Positions 12,777 through 25,060 of a DNA stretch of 64,000 bases are shown piece by piece; the stretch's first letter is position 1, and each line of letters opens with the position of its first letter. Position numbers and translations under genes: made by a program. Source of the DNA: Felis catus (taxonomy: Eukaryota); contig NC_058368.1 of assembly GCF_018350175.1 (NCBI RefSeq), forward strand, positions 237,586,001 to 237,650,000. The letters run 5' to 3'. The notes under the pieces are model-generated. The model saw only the letters and a program-made list of their open reading frames with translations. It had not been told where the DNA came from and searched no databases.

Positions 12777-13009
12777 TTTAAAAAATTTTTTCTTTAATGT
12801 TTATTTATTTTTGAGAGAGGAGAGAAAGAGAGAGCAAGCAGGGGAGGGGCAGAGAGGGGCAGAGAGGGAGGGAGACACAGAATCAGAAGCAGGCTCCAGG
12901 CTCCGAGCGGTCAGCGTAGAGCCAGATGCGGGGCTCGAACTCACACACCACGAGATCATGACCTGAGCCGAAGCCAGACGTTCAACCGACCGAGCCACCC
13001 AGGCGCCCC
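12777..13009 (-). mobile_element. Can-SINE (SINEC_Fc-like)
   Basis: Full antisense SINE ending ccacccaggcgcccc; TSD tgtctaattcct at 12765-12776 and 13010-13021. Confidence 0.97.
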
Positions 13010-16000
13010 TGTCTAATTCCTCTTTTAAAGCCCTGTTGAAAGGCATTTCCTCACTCGGTCCAGAAAATTGGAGCAAAGCCCTACTCAGGGTTGCTGTCCT
13101 CTTTCGGCTGCTTGCAGAAGCAGAGTTTTTGCTTAAGGAGTGATCACCTCTGAGGGAAAATTCGTCAATCTTGTGGTTTAAACTATTAAAAAAAAGAGGA
13201 GACAAGCCCTCTCCATTTTCTACAGACTCACAAAAGGTGGTTTTCTTCTTTTAAAAATCGCCTCGTGTGACCGAAAAGGCCTCGAGGCTCCGGTGAACGG
13301 CAGAGGTCATCTCTGAAACAATAAAGCAATTAATTCCGCGGAGCTTCCTGGTTCTCAGTGATGCAATTAGCCCTGGAAGCCAGAAATCTGCCCCTACAGA
13401 GCGAGGCCCTGGTCGGTTGCCTCGGCCTGAAAATACCCTTCTGTCTTCTTCCCGCCCCCACGGGGCAAAACCATTGTGAGAAGCGACAGCCCGGACTGTG
13501 GGGTCGGCCTGTTGTCAGCCTCTCCGTTCAGGTGTGCTTTTACTTCGTGTGCTAGAAACACGCTCTGCAATTTCCGCCCCCGAACAAATCGGTTTGTCCC
13601 TACACAGATTTGAATACAATATGGACCTAATTACATCACGTGAAAGCAACAACCCCTTCAAATAAAACCTTGGTAGAACACAAATTACTTATCATACCTT
13701 GTTAATCTGATATCGCAACTAACTAGCAGGGTAACAGATTTCGACTGCACATCACTTAAATCCTGTAATTAAAGTCTCCTAGAGTGTCTTAAGTTGTGCT
13801 CAGAAAAGCCCCTCACATGAAGGGCGGGGGCAGCAACGGAGCAGCTTCCTGCTCGAGGAGCCAGGTTTCCGAACGCAACTTTTGGAGAATCGTGATTTGC
13901 ACGAGTCTCTCTCACCAAACTTCATATTTAGTACATTACAAGGACATGGTTAGGTGCCTAAAGCCATAGGTTACTATCAAGCAGCATTCAAAAAAATTAC
14001 GATATATTTAATTTTTTTTTAAAAAGCGGAGTAAGATAGACACTCTGTTTTAGAAACGAGCATCTATTACTTTATGCCTTTTGCTGATGGTGCAAACGTT
14101 CTCCCACATTCTTTCCCACTTGTGACTGTTTTATCTCCCACATTTATCTCTTTCTGACAAGCGACTTAATTCTGCCAAGCCGTGTGATTTGGTTGCTCTC
14201 GTAACCATCGAACTCTTTGCCGGGAAACACTCTATGTCTCCTTAGGGACACGTGGGGGACCCCACTTCTGTGCCCCACTCGGTCAGGTAAGTACCGGGGA
14301 CTCGCACTGCTCTGAAATCTGAGTGGAAGTGACGTGCGGTGCTCCCAGGAGGACAAGGTGAGGGCTTCCGTGCGATATGTCACGTCCTGCCCTACTGGCC
14401 CCTGAGGGAGCTCATGTTGTGACGGAGCCGCCGTCATCCTGGGTCACTGACCCCCACTGACCGCCACCCTATGGATGCGCACTTGTAAGGTGAATCGGGT
14501 TCTTTAATCTCCGAAGGTTTTAGGGCCGAGCGCTGCAATTACCGCCCCCCCCCCCCCAAGCCTCCTAGACTGTTCGCTTGGTGTAATTACTGGTGTGCAT
14601 TTCGCAATACGGCTGCCTCATCAGCAAGCTTCAGAAAGCCGTGCTGAAACCTCTCTGTATTTCTGTTGAAAATAGCTCTCAAGGCTCTACTATGTCAAGT
14701 TCACGGTGTAGCGGCACAATCATTTCTTCGCGTTTCTCTCGGGACCCGTCGGAGCCAAGGCTCGGGTGCAAATGCCCACCCGCCACTTGCGGGGGGCCGC
14801 ATTCCATGGGGACTCGGACGGATGGGTCCCCCTTCGGCGCAGACAAGGCGGGCGCTGCCACGGTGGCCGCAGGACTCGTGGAACCCTGGTGGCCGGCCCA
14901 CCGTGGGAGGACCAGCCCTCACGCTCAAAGGGACATATTTTGCACACTTAGAAGAAACCTCGTCATAGGCTGGTCATAAAATTAAGGAGAAGCCAACGAG
15001 AGTTAGTATTTGAACAATGATTTCATGGTAAGTTCATCCTTTGATCCCAGGGACCAATACCCACTCGTTTTCAACGACCTCGAGTAAAATTGCCGAGGCT
15101 CATCAGAGTTGGTCGGAAAGACAGGGCAGACTTTGTTGGTTAGGGGCCGTTGTTATCTGTGTCTTGAACGAAAGCCCACAGCCCCGGCGTCGACTCGGAA
15201 CTACCCCAGAGGCAGGCATCGCAGGCTGCTTGTTTGGTTAGACACAGGTGGAGGGTGGAGGGGGCCCTTCCGGTCTGTGGACGGAGCCCCACGAGGACTC
15301 AAGTTCGGGGTCTAGCACTCAGGGCCACCGGTCTTAGGAAAAGAGCTTTTAATGTCTGGGAAGGGAAAACAGAATGAAATAAACGCATCAAGCAGTTGCT
15401 TCGATTCCTCATTGATACCTTCTTTCTCCTGCTGGATGACAGGAAAGAGTCGGGAGGCTGGTGAGCAGGAGCACATGGGCGTCAGCAGGAATCGGGTCCC
15501 ATCCGCGGGAGGACTTTCACGGGACATTCACAGCCCATGATGAGTGGCAGCCAAAGGATGTCCAAGCGCAGATGGCCCAAAGCACGCTGTGGTCTCTTCA
15601 GGAAGTGGTTAGGATTTTGGAAAATACTTCAGTGTGGGTTATGAAGAATCACACAGAAAAGTCTTGGGAAAAGACCAAGGTTAAATGAGACCGATTCACC
15701 CTGTCCTAACTTGCCACCAGAATGTTACAGAAGACACAGAAAATGAAGCAAACTCATACCAACTCTTGGAGACCCTCCAAGTAAAAACAATCTAAGCATC
15801 TTGCTGCTTTTCCGTCTCCATTTACACTAAATACATCACTCCGAAAGAAAATCAGAAGGGACCGTGCCCCTCGTTCGTCATCTAATTTAGGCCAAGAGAC
15901 CCAGGGAAGTTACTGGGCACAAAACTGATCAGGCTGGCCTTTTCCACTAGACCCAAATTCCATCTTGTCCGCCCTCCCTCCCACTCAACCTCAGCCCACC

Positions 16001-16169
16001 CGGTGGTGCTAACACTGTGCCTTAAAGAACAGCCACACAGGAGGCAGGAGGATGGGGCGGAGGGCTGAGGGGGTGGGATGCCCTGTAAAGATTAGGTTTG
16101 GATAAACCTCCTTGGATTTTGGGATGCATGGCCACAAGGGAAAGACGGCGTAGAATATTGTGTTACAGA

Positions 16170-16720
16170 AGTCAGAAAAAACATGTCAGGATCCTCTAAA
16201 CATTCTTAAAGAAATTTAAGAATGAGCATTCTTTAAGGAAATGCAGAGATTAGAAGAACAGGACGACACTCGAAGCCACTAAGGGTACTTAAGGTTGGCC
16301 TTCAAAGAAGCAGATGAGTTAGAAATGATAAAATCTTGGTAGGCAGCATATCTACTGCGTTTGATAAAAAACCAGGACAAATTTTACCCCATGAAACATT
16401 CAATCATTGTTCCAAAAGACAGACCTGAGAATGTCTGTAAGAAGGCAGAGAAATGGCCAAGGAGAATAAAAAAATAAAGAAAAAAGAACATACTATATTC
16501 CAAGAACAGTGTCCAACCTAAGAGTCTGAGCTTTCTTAAGGAAGAAATTTAAGAAATTAAGTAGCCATTAAGAGCACGATGAAAAAACTGTCTGAAATGA
16601 AGAGAGAAGGTCACACAGACTAAATGGCTTTAAGGGTTCCAGGCAGAATGACAAAAGCAGCCATGGAGAATCATCCACACCCAGAAAGACTCCAGTGATG
16701 TGTTTTGAAGCCCAAAGATT
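16170..16720 (+). mobile_element. Highly decayed L1/HAL1 ORF1-like fragment
   Basis: A/purine-rich strand asymmetry with L1 ORF1-like motifs (tccaaccta...agagtc, ctgaaatgaagagag, gttccaggcagaatga); family uncertain. Confidence 0.4.
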
Positions 16721-17683
16721 TGCGGCCCAGGGCCGCAAGCTTTCATGAGAACGAAACCGAGAGGGTGAGTTAGCTGTGGACTCCCCTTGTGTCGCCCCGG
16801 CTGATGGAAAATGGCAAAGGTACCTGATACAACGGGAAAACTGGCTGCTATTCCAAATCTCCTTCTCATACACACTGCCTTTCACGTTGGAAAATGCTCT
16901 AAGTGAAAAGCCTTCAAGAAGCGTACCACCTTCATATGAAGAAAGTACTAGAAGGTGCTCATAGCCATCAGACACAGAAGTCACACTTGAAATCAAGAAG
17001 ATGAAGGTCGTGCTCCAGAATAACACCGACAGAGCCCGAAATCACAGAGATTAGAGATGACTGAGGTCCATTCGTCTCAAAAACCAAGCGTCCATTATGT
17101 GTTGCAAAGAATTTCAAGGAAAATATTGTTTTTGGTCTTTATGTTTGCTCACTGGTTGGTTTATGTGTTGCTGATATTTTTGTTTTGCTGGATTTTAATT
17201 TTGAAGATTTAATGTAATTTTTCGAAGCTACTAGTTAGAAGAGGAAGAGACATTTGACCAATTTTGTGCTTAGGCGGCAAGCTGAGTGATGTGGCCCAGG
17301 TAATTATTATCTGGGAATGGCTTCACCAAATTGCAGTTTCGTTTCTCCGTGCGCTAAAAATGTATCTGAAAAGCTGAATCTATCATTTATCTATCTATCT
17401 TTTTGGTATGCTGTTAATATGTTTTAATAGTTGGTCCCAAATGTGCCTATTTAAATGGTATTTACAAGTATATTTTAGAGCAAGAAATGTATAAAGGATT
17501 AACCAGTGGTTATATTTGCTGAATCCTACTCAATAAAACAACACATGTATCATGTTCGAGGAGAGCCCTGCAGGCAGAAATAAAGATCCTGCTGCCTTGC
17601 TTAGCTTTCTAGCAAATCATCAGATAACTATGCATTGATCTATCGATTGATTATCCGTGATGCATTATCGTGGGTATGATGTA

Positions 17684-17710
17684 TTTTTAAAAGTTTATTT
17701 ATTTATTTTT

Positions 17711-17741
<31 letters not shown>

Positions 17742-17908
17742 CACAAGCAAGGGAGGGTCACAGAGAGAGGGAGACACAGAATCCGAAGAAGGCTCTAGAC
17801 TCTGAGCCGTCAGCACAGAGCCCGACGCGGGGCTGGAATCCACGAACCGTGAGACCATGACCTGAGCCGAAGTCAGACGCTTAACTGACTGAACCCCCCA
17901 GGGGCCCC
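17684..17908 (-). mobile_element. Can-SINE (SINEC_Fc-like)
   Basis: tttatttatttttgagagagag...cagcacagagcccgacgcggggct...cctgagccgaagtcagacgcttaactgactgaac; no clear TSD. Confidence 0.95.
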
Positions 17909-18003
17909 CATAAACTTTCCAAAAAAAAAGCAAAGCATATGAGATAGCATCACAACGGGAAACACAAACATGCTTTCTTCGCAATTTGATAAACCAAATC
18001 GAG

Positions 18004-18195
18004 CAGTGGTTCTCAACTTCGCCGTTGCCTCAGTCTCTTCCCACCTACACACATTCTCACACTGCAGGCATATGGTATATCTGTCAACATGTTGTAGGTA
18101 TATCCGCATTATACCCATAAAAAGACTAAAAGTATTTTGCTCCCTAAAAACCGGCTTCTACCCCCCTTTGGGGCAATAGCACGCCCTTCAATGCA
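18004..18195 (+). mobile_element. MER112-like hAT-Charlie DNA transposon fossil
   Basis: Starts cagtggttctcaacttc; internal tatatccgcattatacccataaaaagac; ends cccccttggggcaatagcacgccc-like. Confidence 0.6.
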
Positions 18196-20049
18196 GAAAT
18201 AGATTTTTTAAATAAATTAAATATAGGAATATGCACAACACAGTTGGTGAAGGTCCTCTATGGAGACATTAGAAACGATAGACCTCCAGGGGTGGCGTGC
18301 ACAGTGGCTGAAGGGACACCATCCTCAGTTAGGGGACCCTCTGCACCTGCGGAGGACAGCGCATGCACGGGGAAACAGGGAGCGTGGCCGAAGGGCGGGG
18401 CGTGCACGCTCAGAGCTCCCCGAGCCTCTCCTGGAAGGCCTCTGTGGTTAACGCGCTGGAGAAACTAGCTTAAAGGAAATGAAACTGGTCACCAAGGACA
18501 ACTCTACTCTTTAATGTGCTACTTTGCTCATGAAGCAGAGAGGGGACAGGACAAGCACGATGTTCTAACCCCACCCAAGTCCCACCCGAGGAGCCACGAG
18601 CCTGGGACTCTAGCGGTATCTCGACCTCCACTTCTCTCTTCCTCCTTGTTCTTTCTTTCTCAACCAGATGTCAAAACTAAGAACATTAGAAGTCAAAAGG
18701 CAGCACTTAAAGAAACCACCTCTGAGGCTGTCAGCCTCTGTCATCTCCGTCCTCCAGAGCCCGTATGGAACGCTGTCCCATGCCGTGTCCGCCACGTGTC
18801 CCTGCAGCAGACCCTGAGCCTGGGGTGGCCGGCGGGGCCTCTGCCCTTCCCAGGAGGCCCATCCTGGAGCGTGCCGGTGACCGCGCAGGGGCCCCGCTGC
18901 CGGAAGAATCCCACGGAGGGAGCACACGAGTGAGCGAGCTTATCCTGATCCTGAAAGCCGTCTCGTGGATTTGTCTACGCCACACACCCACACCATGGGT
19001 GTCACATGTTCCACATGTGATGTGAGGGGTGGAATGCAGCTCTGTCCAGACTGAGAGCTCGTTCTAGGATCTCCCGTCTTGCTGTCTTTCGGAGCAAATG
19101 GTGCCATCACCTTGCGGCGCGACGGTCATCTGGCGTCGGGGACAGCTCTGGGAGTCCATGCTGACCTGCCTTATGTCACCGCGGCCGCGGCGGCCGCCAG
19201 CCACCCCCCGCCGCTGGGAATCAGAACGGATGGCATGCAGGGGACAGCAAAGGCACGGCCACCTGCACTGCTGGCTCTTCCCCAACTGTGGCCACTCACG
19301 ACAAAAGTCCGGGTAGGCTCCGGATCCGGGGACCCCTTTTGAAAGAGCTCCTTCACCCCAGGAGGTGGGAGGGCACATGGGACGTTCCCAGCAATTCCCT
19401 CCAACGGGATCACCCCGGGGATGGTCTCTGCCGTGTGAATGTCTGTGGATCTGAGCTCGAGGGAGGCCCTTCTGTGCAGATCGCAGGCCAATGTCCCTTC
19501 GGTTCGTTGGGGTTCAGACCCCGGATGGAGCGTGAAAATCAAGTCAGATGCGTCTGACGCTTGGTGATACCTCTTCCAGATGCTCTATGGACCCCTGGAG
19601 GAAGCGGAGGGGGTGGGTTCGAGGGGGCGGCACAGGCGTGTCTCACGGGGCCTCTGCGGTGTCCCCGTCTCCCCTTGGGACCCACGAGGAAGGGCTTTTT
19701 GTGGGCCCCGCGGTTCTGTGTCAGGTGGGTCCCGAAGCTGTCTCTACAGCCCACGTGGTGTTCCTTGGTCTATGAGGGCGGCCATTTCAAGCCCGCTTGA
19801 ACAGATGTGCCGTGTGGTTGACAAACCCGAGATTTGTGAAGGATGCGCGTTTGTGTCCTCTGGGGCGTGCACCTCTCTGGCACCGCTCGGCCCTCTGCCC
19901 ACATTGCACGCGATTCCACCCTTGGCTTTAAAGGCAGAGAGCAAAGCATCTGCTAAAGTCCCTGGAATTATCATCCAAACATCAACTTTTCTTTGCCTTA
20001 AAAAACAAGCCCGTTTCCTAAAGAAAGGGGGTTTGTGCGTTTCCGTGGA

Positions 20050-21110
20050 GGTGAACCGAGTCAGCCAGAGACCTCTTTCCTAAGGAGCGGCCGCGACGGG
20101 TTTCCAAGGTGGCGAGGGGCATCTGGCACTCACGGCCCCGGAAGCCGGGCATCTCACCGCCAGGTCGGTTCCTCCGGAGCGTCTTGCTCGCACATCCTTA
20201 AAACGCGATCCGACCCCCAAATCGGGGCACTCGCGGGGGGAGCCCCTCACAGCCCGTGTCCCACGTGATGGATGTGGACGCAGAGCCGGAGGGACAGGTG
20301 TCAGGACGTTCCGATCCCGCGGCGCGAGCCGTAAGGCCATCGTGGGGAAGGTGGTGGCACTCCTCCCGGAAACTCGGGAGGAACTTTGGGGAGCTTCTCC
20401 CCGCTCCCCGCGCCTCCCGCCTGCCTCCTCCGCGGCCACGTCTCTGCCATCACTCACTGCCCACCGGGCCGGGCAGAACCCCACCACTTTGCAGGTGGGG
20501 CGACTGCTGCCCGTGGCAGAGACGGCTGACATATTTATTAGCTTGTCAAAGCCTCCCCTGTTTATGGAAGCCTCACCCGGCTAAACAAAACAGTCTGCTT
20601 CCCATTGGCTCGTCGAGAGGCCCCCGTCGAGAGCCTCAGCAAAGCGCTTGATGAGGCATAAAATGATGATTAATTAATTTACTGCTCAGTTCATCCTCAC
20701 ACGGCGCGGCTGATGACTCTCCCAGCGGTCAGCCCTCGCTCGGCGGCGCGGGCCCAGCCTGCCTTTGCTTTGACCCGAGCTCGGGGCTCTCGGAGGCTCC
20801 GGGCAGGGAAGGAGGCGGAGGGAGCGAGTCTCAGGGCCCCAGAAGGCGGGCGGGGGCCACAGAGAGGCCTGGGTCCCGGAACAGGGCGGGCGTCCTGGAG
20901 GGGTCTCTGTGCTCTCTGGTGTCCCGGGGGCCCTGGGCCCCATCCTCATGGGACGGCCAGCTTGCACCCCCATGGCCTGCGGGAGACGGAGGCCGTGGCC
21001 GCCCAGAGCTGGCTCCAGGATGGCCGGGGTGCCCCCTGCCCCGGGGGCGGGGGGCCGGTCTGCCTTCACAACCGATCTGAGCGCGAGGAGATGCCCTCCT
21101 GGCCTCTTCA
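20050..21110. promoter_or_regulatory. CpG-island-like segment surrounding a short AT-rich homeodomain-motif core
   Basis: Dense CpG flanks; core gatgattaattaatttact at about 20665-20683. Confidence 0.35.
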
Positions 21111-24100
21111 GTGTCACCAGCCTGAGATCGAGCCCAGACTCACTGCTCCGAACAGGTCAGTGCTGAAGTTCAGGGAAGGAGACGCTTGAGGGAACCGCAT
21201 TTCCTTCTTTCCTTCTCGGTTTAACGTCACACGGTACCCAAGTCGTTCTATTTGTCGGGTTTTAAGAGTTTAGAAAGTGTAACTTCTTCGAAGGTTGACA
21301 AGTATCTCAAACGGGAAGGCTTGGTGACGCACGCACTTTTCACAGGCCTTAAAGAGCAGGTGTACGGACGGAATCCGTTTGTACGGAGAAATGACAGACT
21401 GACGAGCTCGTGCTCCTAAGGGACCCCGACGGTAACTACGCCGATGAGGGATCGCCTTGTCTCCCAGCACACCGTCCTCACAGGGCCCGTCTTATGACCC
21501 AAGGGACACCTGGCCCCACGTCAGGTGACCGCCTCCCAGGGGAGGGACATGTTCTGGAGAGCGGGTGGGAGCTCGGGGGTGGCAGGAGCCCCGCGCTGTC
21601 CCTTCCATCTGAAACGCCACGGCGGACGGGCTGGTGGCGCAGGTGGGGCCCGAACCCCCACGGGCGGCCAGAGAACCGCAGAGACCCTTCAGGACGACCG
21701 TGTGTGCCCTGCCCCCGACCCTCCACAGCTGAGTGGCAAAGAGACCCCGGGCTGCGGCCGAGCTGGAGCTGGAGGACCCAGTCCTTCACCATGCTGGTCT
21801 CTCCAGGACACCTGAGCCGGGGTGGCCGGTCCTCAGGGCACGACGAGGGAGACCGACGTTGCCTGCCTGGGTCAGGTCACTGGCAACGGGGACCAGAACA
21901 GCTGAAGGTGCATCACTGATGTGCAGGAGACCCACGTGCACAGACGACTGTTGGGGCCTCCGTGTCCGGAACGGCGCCCTGAGGGAGCACGGCCTCGCAC
22001 AGCCTGGGGTCGCCTACGGGCCACTCACTCCGAAGGGCAGAGAGCGGAGGACAGCACCCACAGGGGGTCATGCCGGAAGGTCTTTGCCTGTAGGTGGGGA
22101 CCACCTTAACCTGAGGTGGCCTCGGGCGTGGGGCGAGCTGGCGAGTCTCATGAAAGGGTCCCCACCCTGTGGGGGTCTCCTCAGCATGGGGTTTGTGCGT
22201 TCCATCACAGCAGTCGGATGTGACAGGTGCAAAGCCCTTCAGAGTCCCTCATTTCACCAGGCCTCAGACTCGGCGGGACAGAACGTTACATCGAAGAGAC
22301 ACCTGCTTCGTTCCTCCCGGAAAGGGGAGTGCACGTTCCTCGGGAAAGGTACGGTCTGGGCCCCTCTTAACTAAGGTGTCACTAGTAAGTGGAGGGACGT
22401 CTGGGGAGCACCGATGGGGGGACATCGCAGACGCCCTGTGCTGTCCCGCAGGGCGGGACAGGATGAGTTCGGGGCAGGGGTGGACAGTTCATGGGAGCTT
22501 GGTGGCCACAGGGAGCGTCTGCCCGGAGGGAGATGGGGACAGAGCCAGCAGGAGGGGCTGCCGAGAGTAGACTGTGAGTTGGGTTCGTGGGGACCTCCCA
22601 GCACAGGGCGGTGGGTGGGCGGGTGTCCAGAGGCCATGCCTGGGGTTGATGCTACGGACAATGGGGCGTCATGGAGGCTGGGGGTCAGGGCACAGTTAAC
22701 CAGAGCGCGGGGGTTGGGGTGCGGGGCGCCGTGTCAGAGGCACAGGTGGCAGGCCGGGCCGGCCCCGAGGGCCAGGACGTCACCTTCTAGGGGAAAGCCC
22801 AGCAGCAGGAGGTAGACAGCCGTGGAGGCATCCACGCCTCGCCAGCCAGGCCAGGGGAGCCGATGCGTGCGGGTGAGGGGAGTCCGGGGAAGGAGCCCCA
22901 ACAGCAGGCTCTGCTCCCACCCACGCAGGGTCCCAGGGTGGCCGGCGAGTGGCCAGTCACTGGACCTCAGTGGTGCCCTCACTTGCGGCCCGTGAGTGGG
23001 GAGCTGTGTGTGCCGGGCTCTGCTGGGGACACACGGGGGCCTGTGTGCCCGGGGCGCGCTCCTGCAGGGGAGCCCTCGTCTCCTGGGTTAGGAGCCCGGG
23101 CTGCCCTTCAGGCCGATTTGGTGGCAGTTATATGGGACTGAGAGCGGCTGCTGCGAACGTGATGGTCGGGGCCTGGCTCCTGCCACCAGTGGAAGACGTC
23201 CAAGGACGTGTCCCCAGGAGGCGGGAGGGCGACTCTGCCCTGGGCTGTCCGTCCCTAACCGCTTGTCTCCCTTCTCAGCCCCGCCCCCGCGGTCCCATTC
23301 AGAGGGTCACTTCTGCGTCGCTAGGGTTTTAAAGCACCAGTTCTGTGAGGTCGTGAGAGTGAGAAGCTCTACAGGCATAGTTTGGATTCCTGAACATGTT
23401 TTTTTCTTTAAAAAAAAAATTAGACACTGTATTTTGCCAGACCTAACCATGGGCCGGTTTAAAATCGGGACTTGATTTCTAGAGAGTGGCTAAATGTGGC
23501 TGAGTGCTTCCTAAGACCAATTAGGACCTCATCCCGGAAAGGCAGTCTGTGCTAATGGGGCCCCTCCCGCTCCCGCTACAGTAAATAAGCCGGGCCTCCC
23601 TCGCACGTGGCGCCGTAACCCCATCTGGCTCGCACCGTTTTCTAAGAATTTCTTTCTCCTACTGACTGTCAGCCATGTGCCCAGGACATTCCACTAATGA
23701 GTGCCGCGTTTCCTCCTGTGCGTAAATAATTCAGCTCCAGAATCAGTTGATCAAAACTTCCAGAGAAATTGGGGCAGAATGGAGATCGTTCTCCTTGTTC
23801 CGGAATTTACAAACTATCTTGTAATGTAACGTCATAGGAAAAAGTTAGGAAAGGTGCAGTCGACAAAGAGCCGGTGGGCGTGCCGGGCCCAGGCGCAGGG
23901 GCCCCTGTGGTCTCCCTGAAGCCACCAAGGGCAACCGCGCGTGCGGGGACCTGCCCCGCCCCCATCCCAGCTGGGGAAGGTCACAGGTGCGTTTTCTCTC
24001 AAACACGGGAGGCTGCGGGGGGAAGAGGGGAAGGAAGAAAATTGAAATGATAAAGCCATGGAGGGTGAGAGGTGTAGGTGGACAGGAAGACACGGGAGCT

Positions 24101-24600
24101 CTGAGCACAGGGTGACCAGCCTCCTGGGGACTGAGGGTGCCTCCGGCCCACAGCAGGTGCGTTCTGCGGCTCACGGGGGCCGCCCCCAGATCATAGCCGC
24201 TCCTCAAGGAACCTGGAGGCCTCTCGTCCTCCACGGGTTTGATCCTAATAAAGTGAGCACGTTTGAATTGCACTGGTCTGACTTTTCATGAACTCTGAGA
24301 ACCCACTAATGAGTGAAATTTAAAGTTTATTTTTCCAGGAACTTGCACTAAGTCAACAAAAGAATACTAGAAACAACCATCTGTGTATTTTGTGAACAAA
24401 TGAAGGATCGATTGGTCATAAATGAGAATAATTGCATACGCTCCGTCTCTACCTCTTGGAGAAGTTCTACTTGGACTTCTGTACCACCCAGGAGCGGGTC
24501 CAAGGGTGGTACAGACTTGTTCGTTATTGTGGCAGAAAGGGAAACAAATAAAATGTTTATTTTTCCCTTGTGATTTCAAAGCATCTTAGTAGGAGAATTC

Positions 24601-24619
24601 TTTTTATGTTTTATGTTTT

Positions 24620-24655
<36 letters not shown>

Positions 24656-24797
24656 ACCACCAGCAGGGCAGGGGCAGAGAGAGAGGGAGACACAGAATCG
24701 GAAGCAGGCTCCAGCCTCCGAGCTGTCAGCACAGAGCCCGACGTGGGGCTTGGACTCACAAACCGTCAGATCATGAGCTGAGCCACCCAGGCGCCCC
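24601..24797 (-). mobile_element. Can-SINE with internal deletion in the tRNA-derived head
   Basis: Long (GA)n tract and typical body; tcatgagctgagcc is followed directly by acccaggcgcccc. Confidence 0.95.
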
Positions 24798-24974
24798 AAG
24801 AAGTTTTTCCCTAAAAATAGTCTTTGAAATACAATAATGGGGACAGTATTTCATTTAAAGAAAACTAACCGAGTTTGCACAACAGAGACCAGAAAGCAAA
24901 ACACTGATTGAACACGAACCGATCGTGACTGGTTCGGTCCTCCTGGCCACGCTGACACGCGGTCACGACAGAGC

Positions 24975-25060
24975 CCCTGGTCACATTTCACAGATACAGA
25001 AACGCAGACCCCGAGAGATCCAGGCTGCGGTCACATGGCATCCGGGGCCCCCACAAGTGT
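24975..25060 (-). mobile_element. MIR core fragment
   Basis: cacatttcacagatacagaaacgcagaccccgagag...ggtcacatggc resembles the antisense MIR core. Confidence 0.5.

Noticed and set aside
14162..15033. Strong + strand donors (cag|gtaagt near 14287, atg|gtaagt near 15028) as coding exons
   Set aside because: The candidate exon before 15028 has stops in all three frames; the other gave no recognisable peptide. Isolated donors are common
21930..22720. Possible GC-shifted L2 fragments
   Set aside because: Resemblance too faint to call without a profile search
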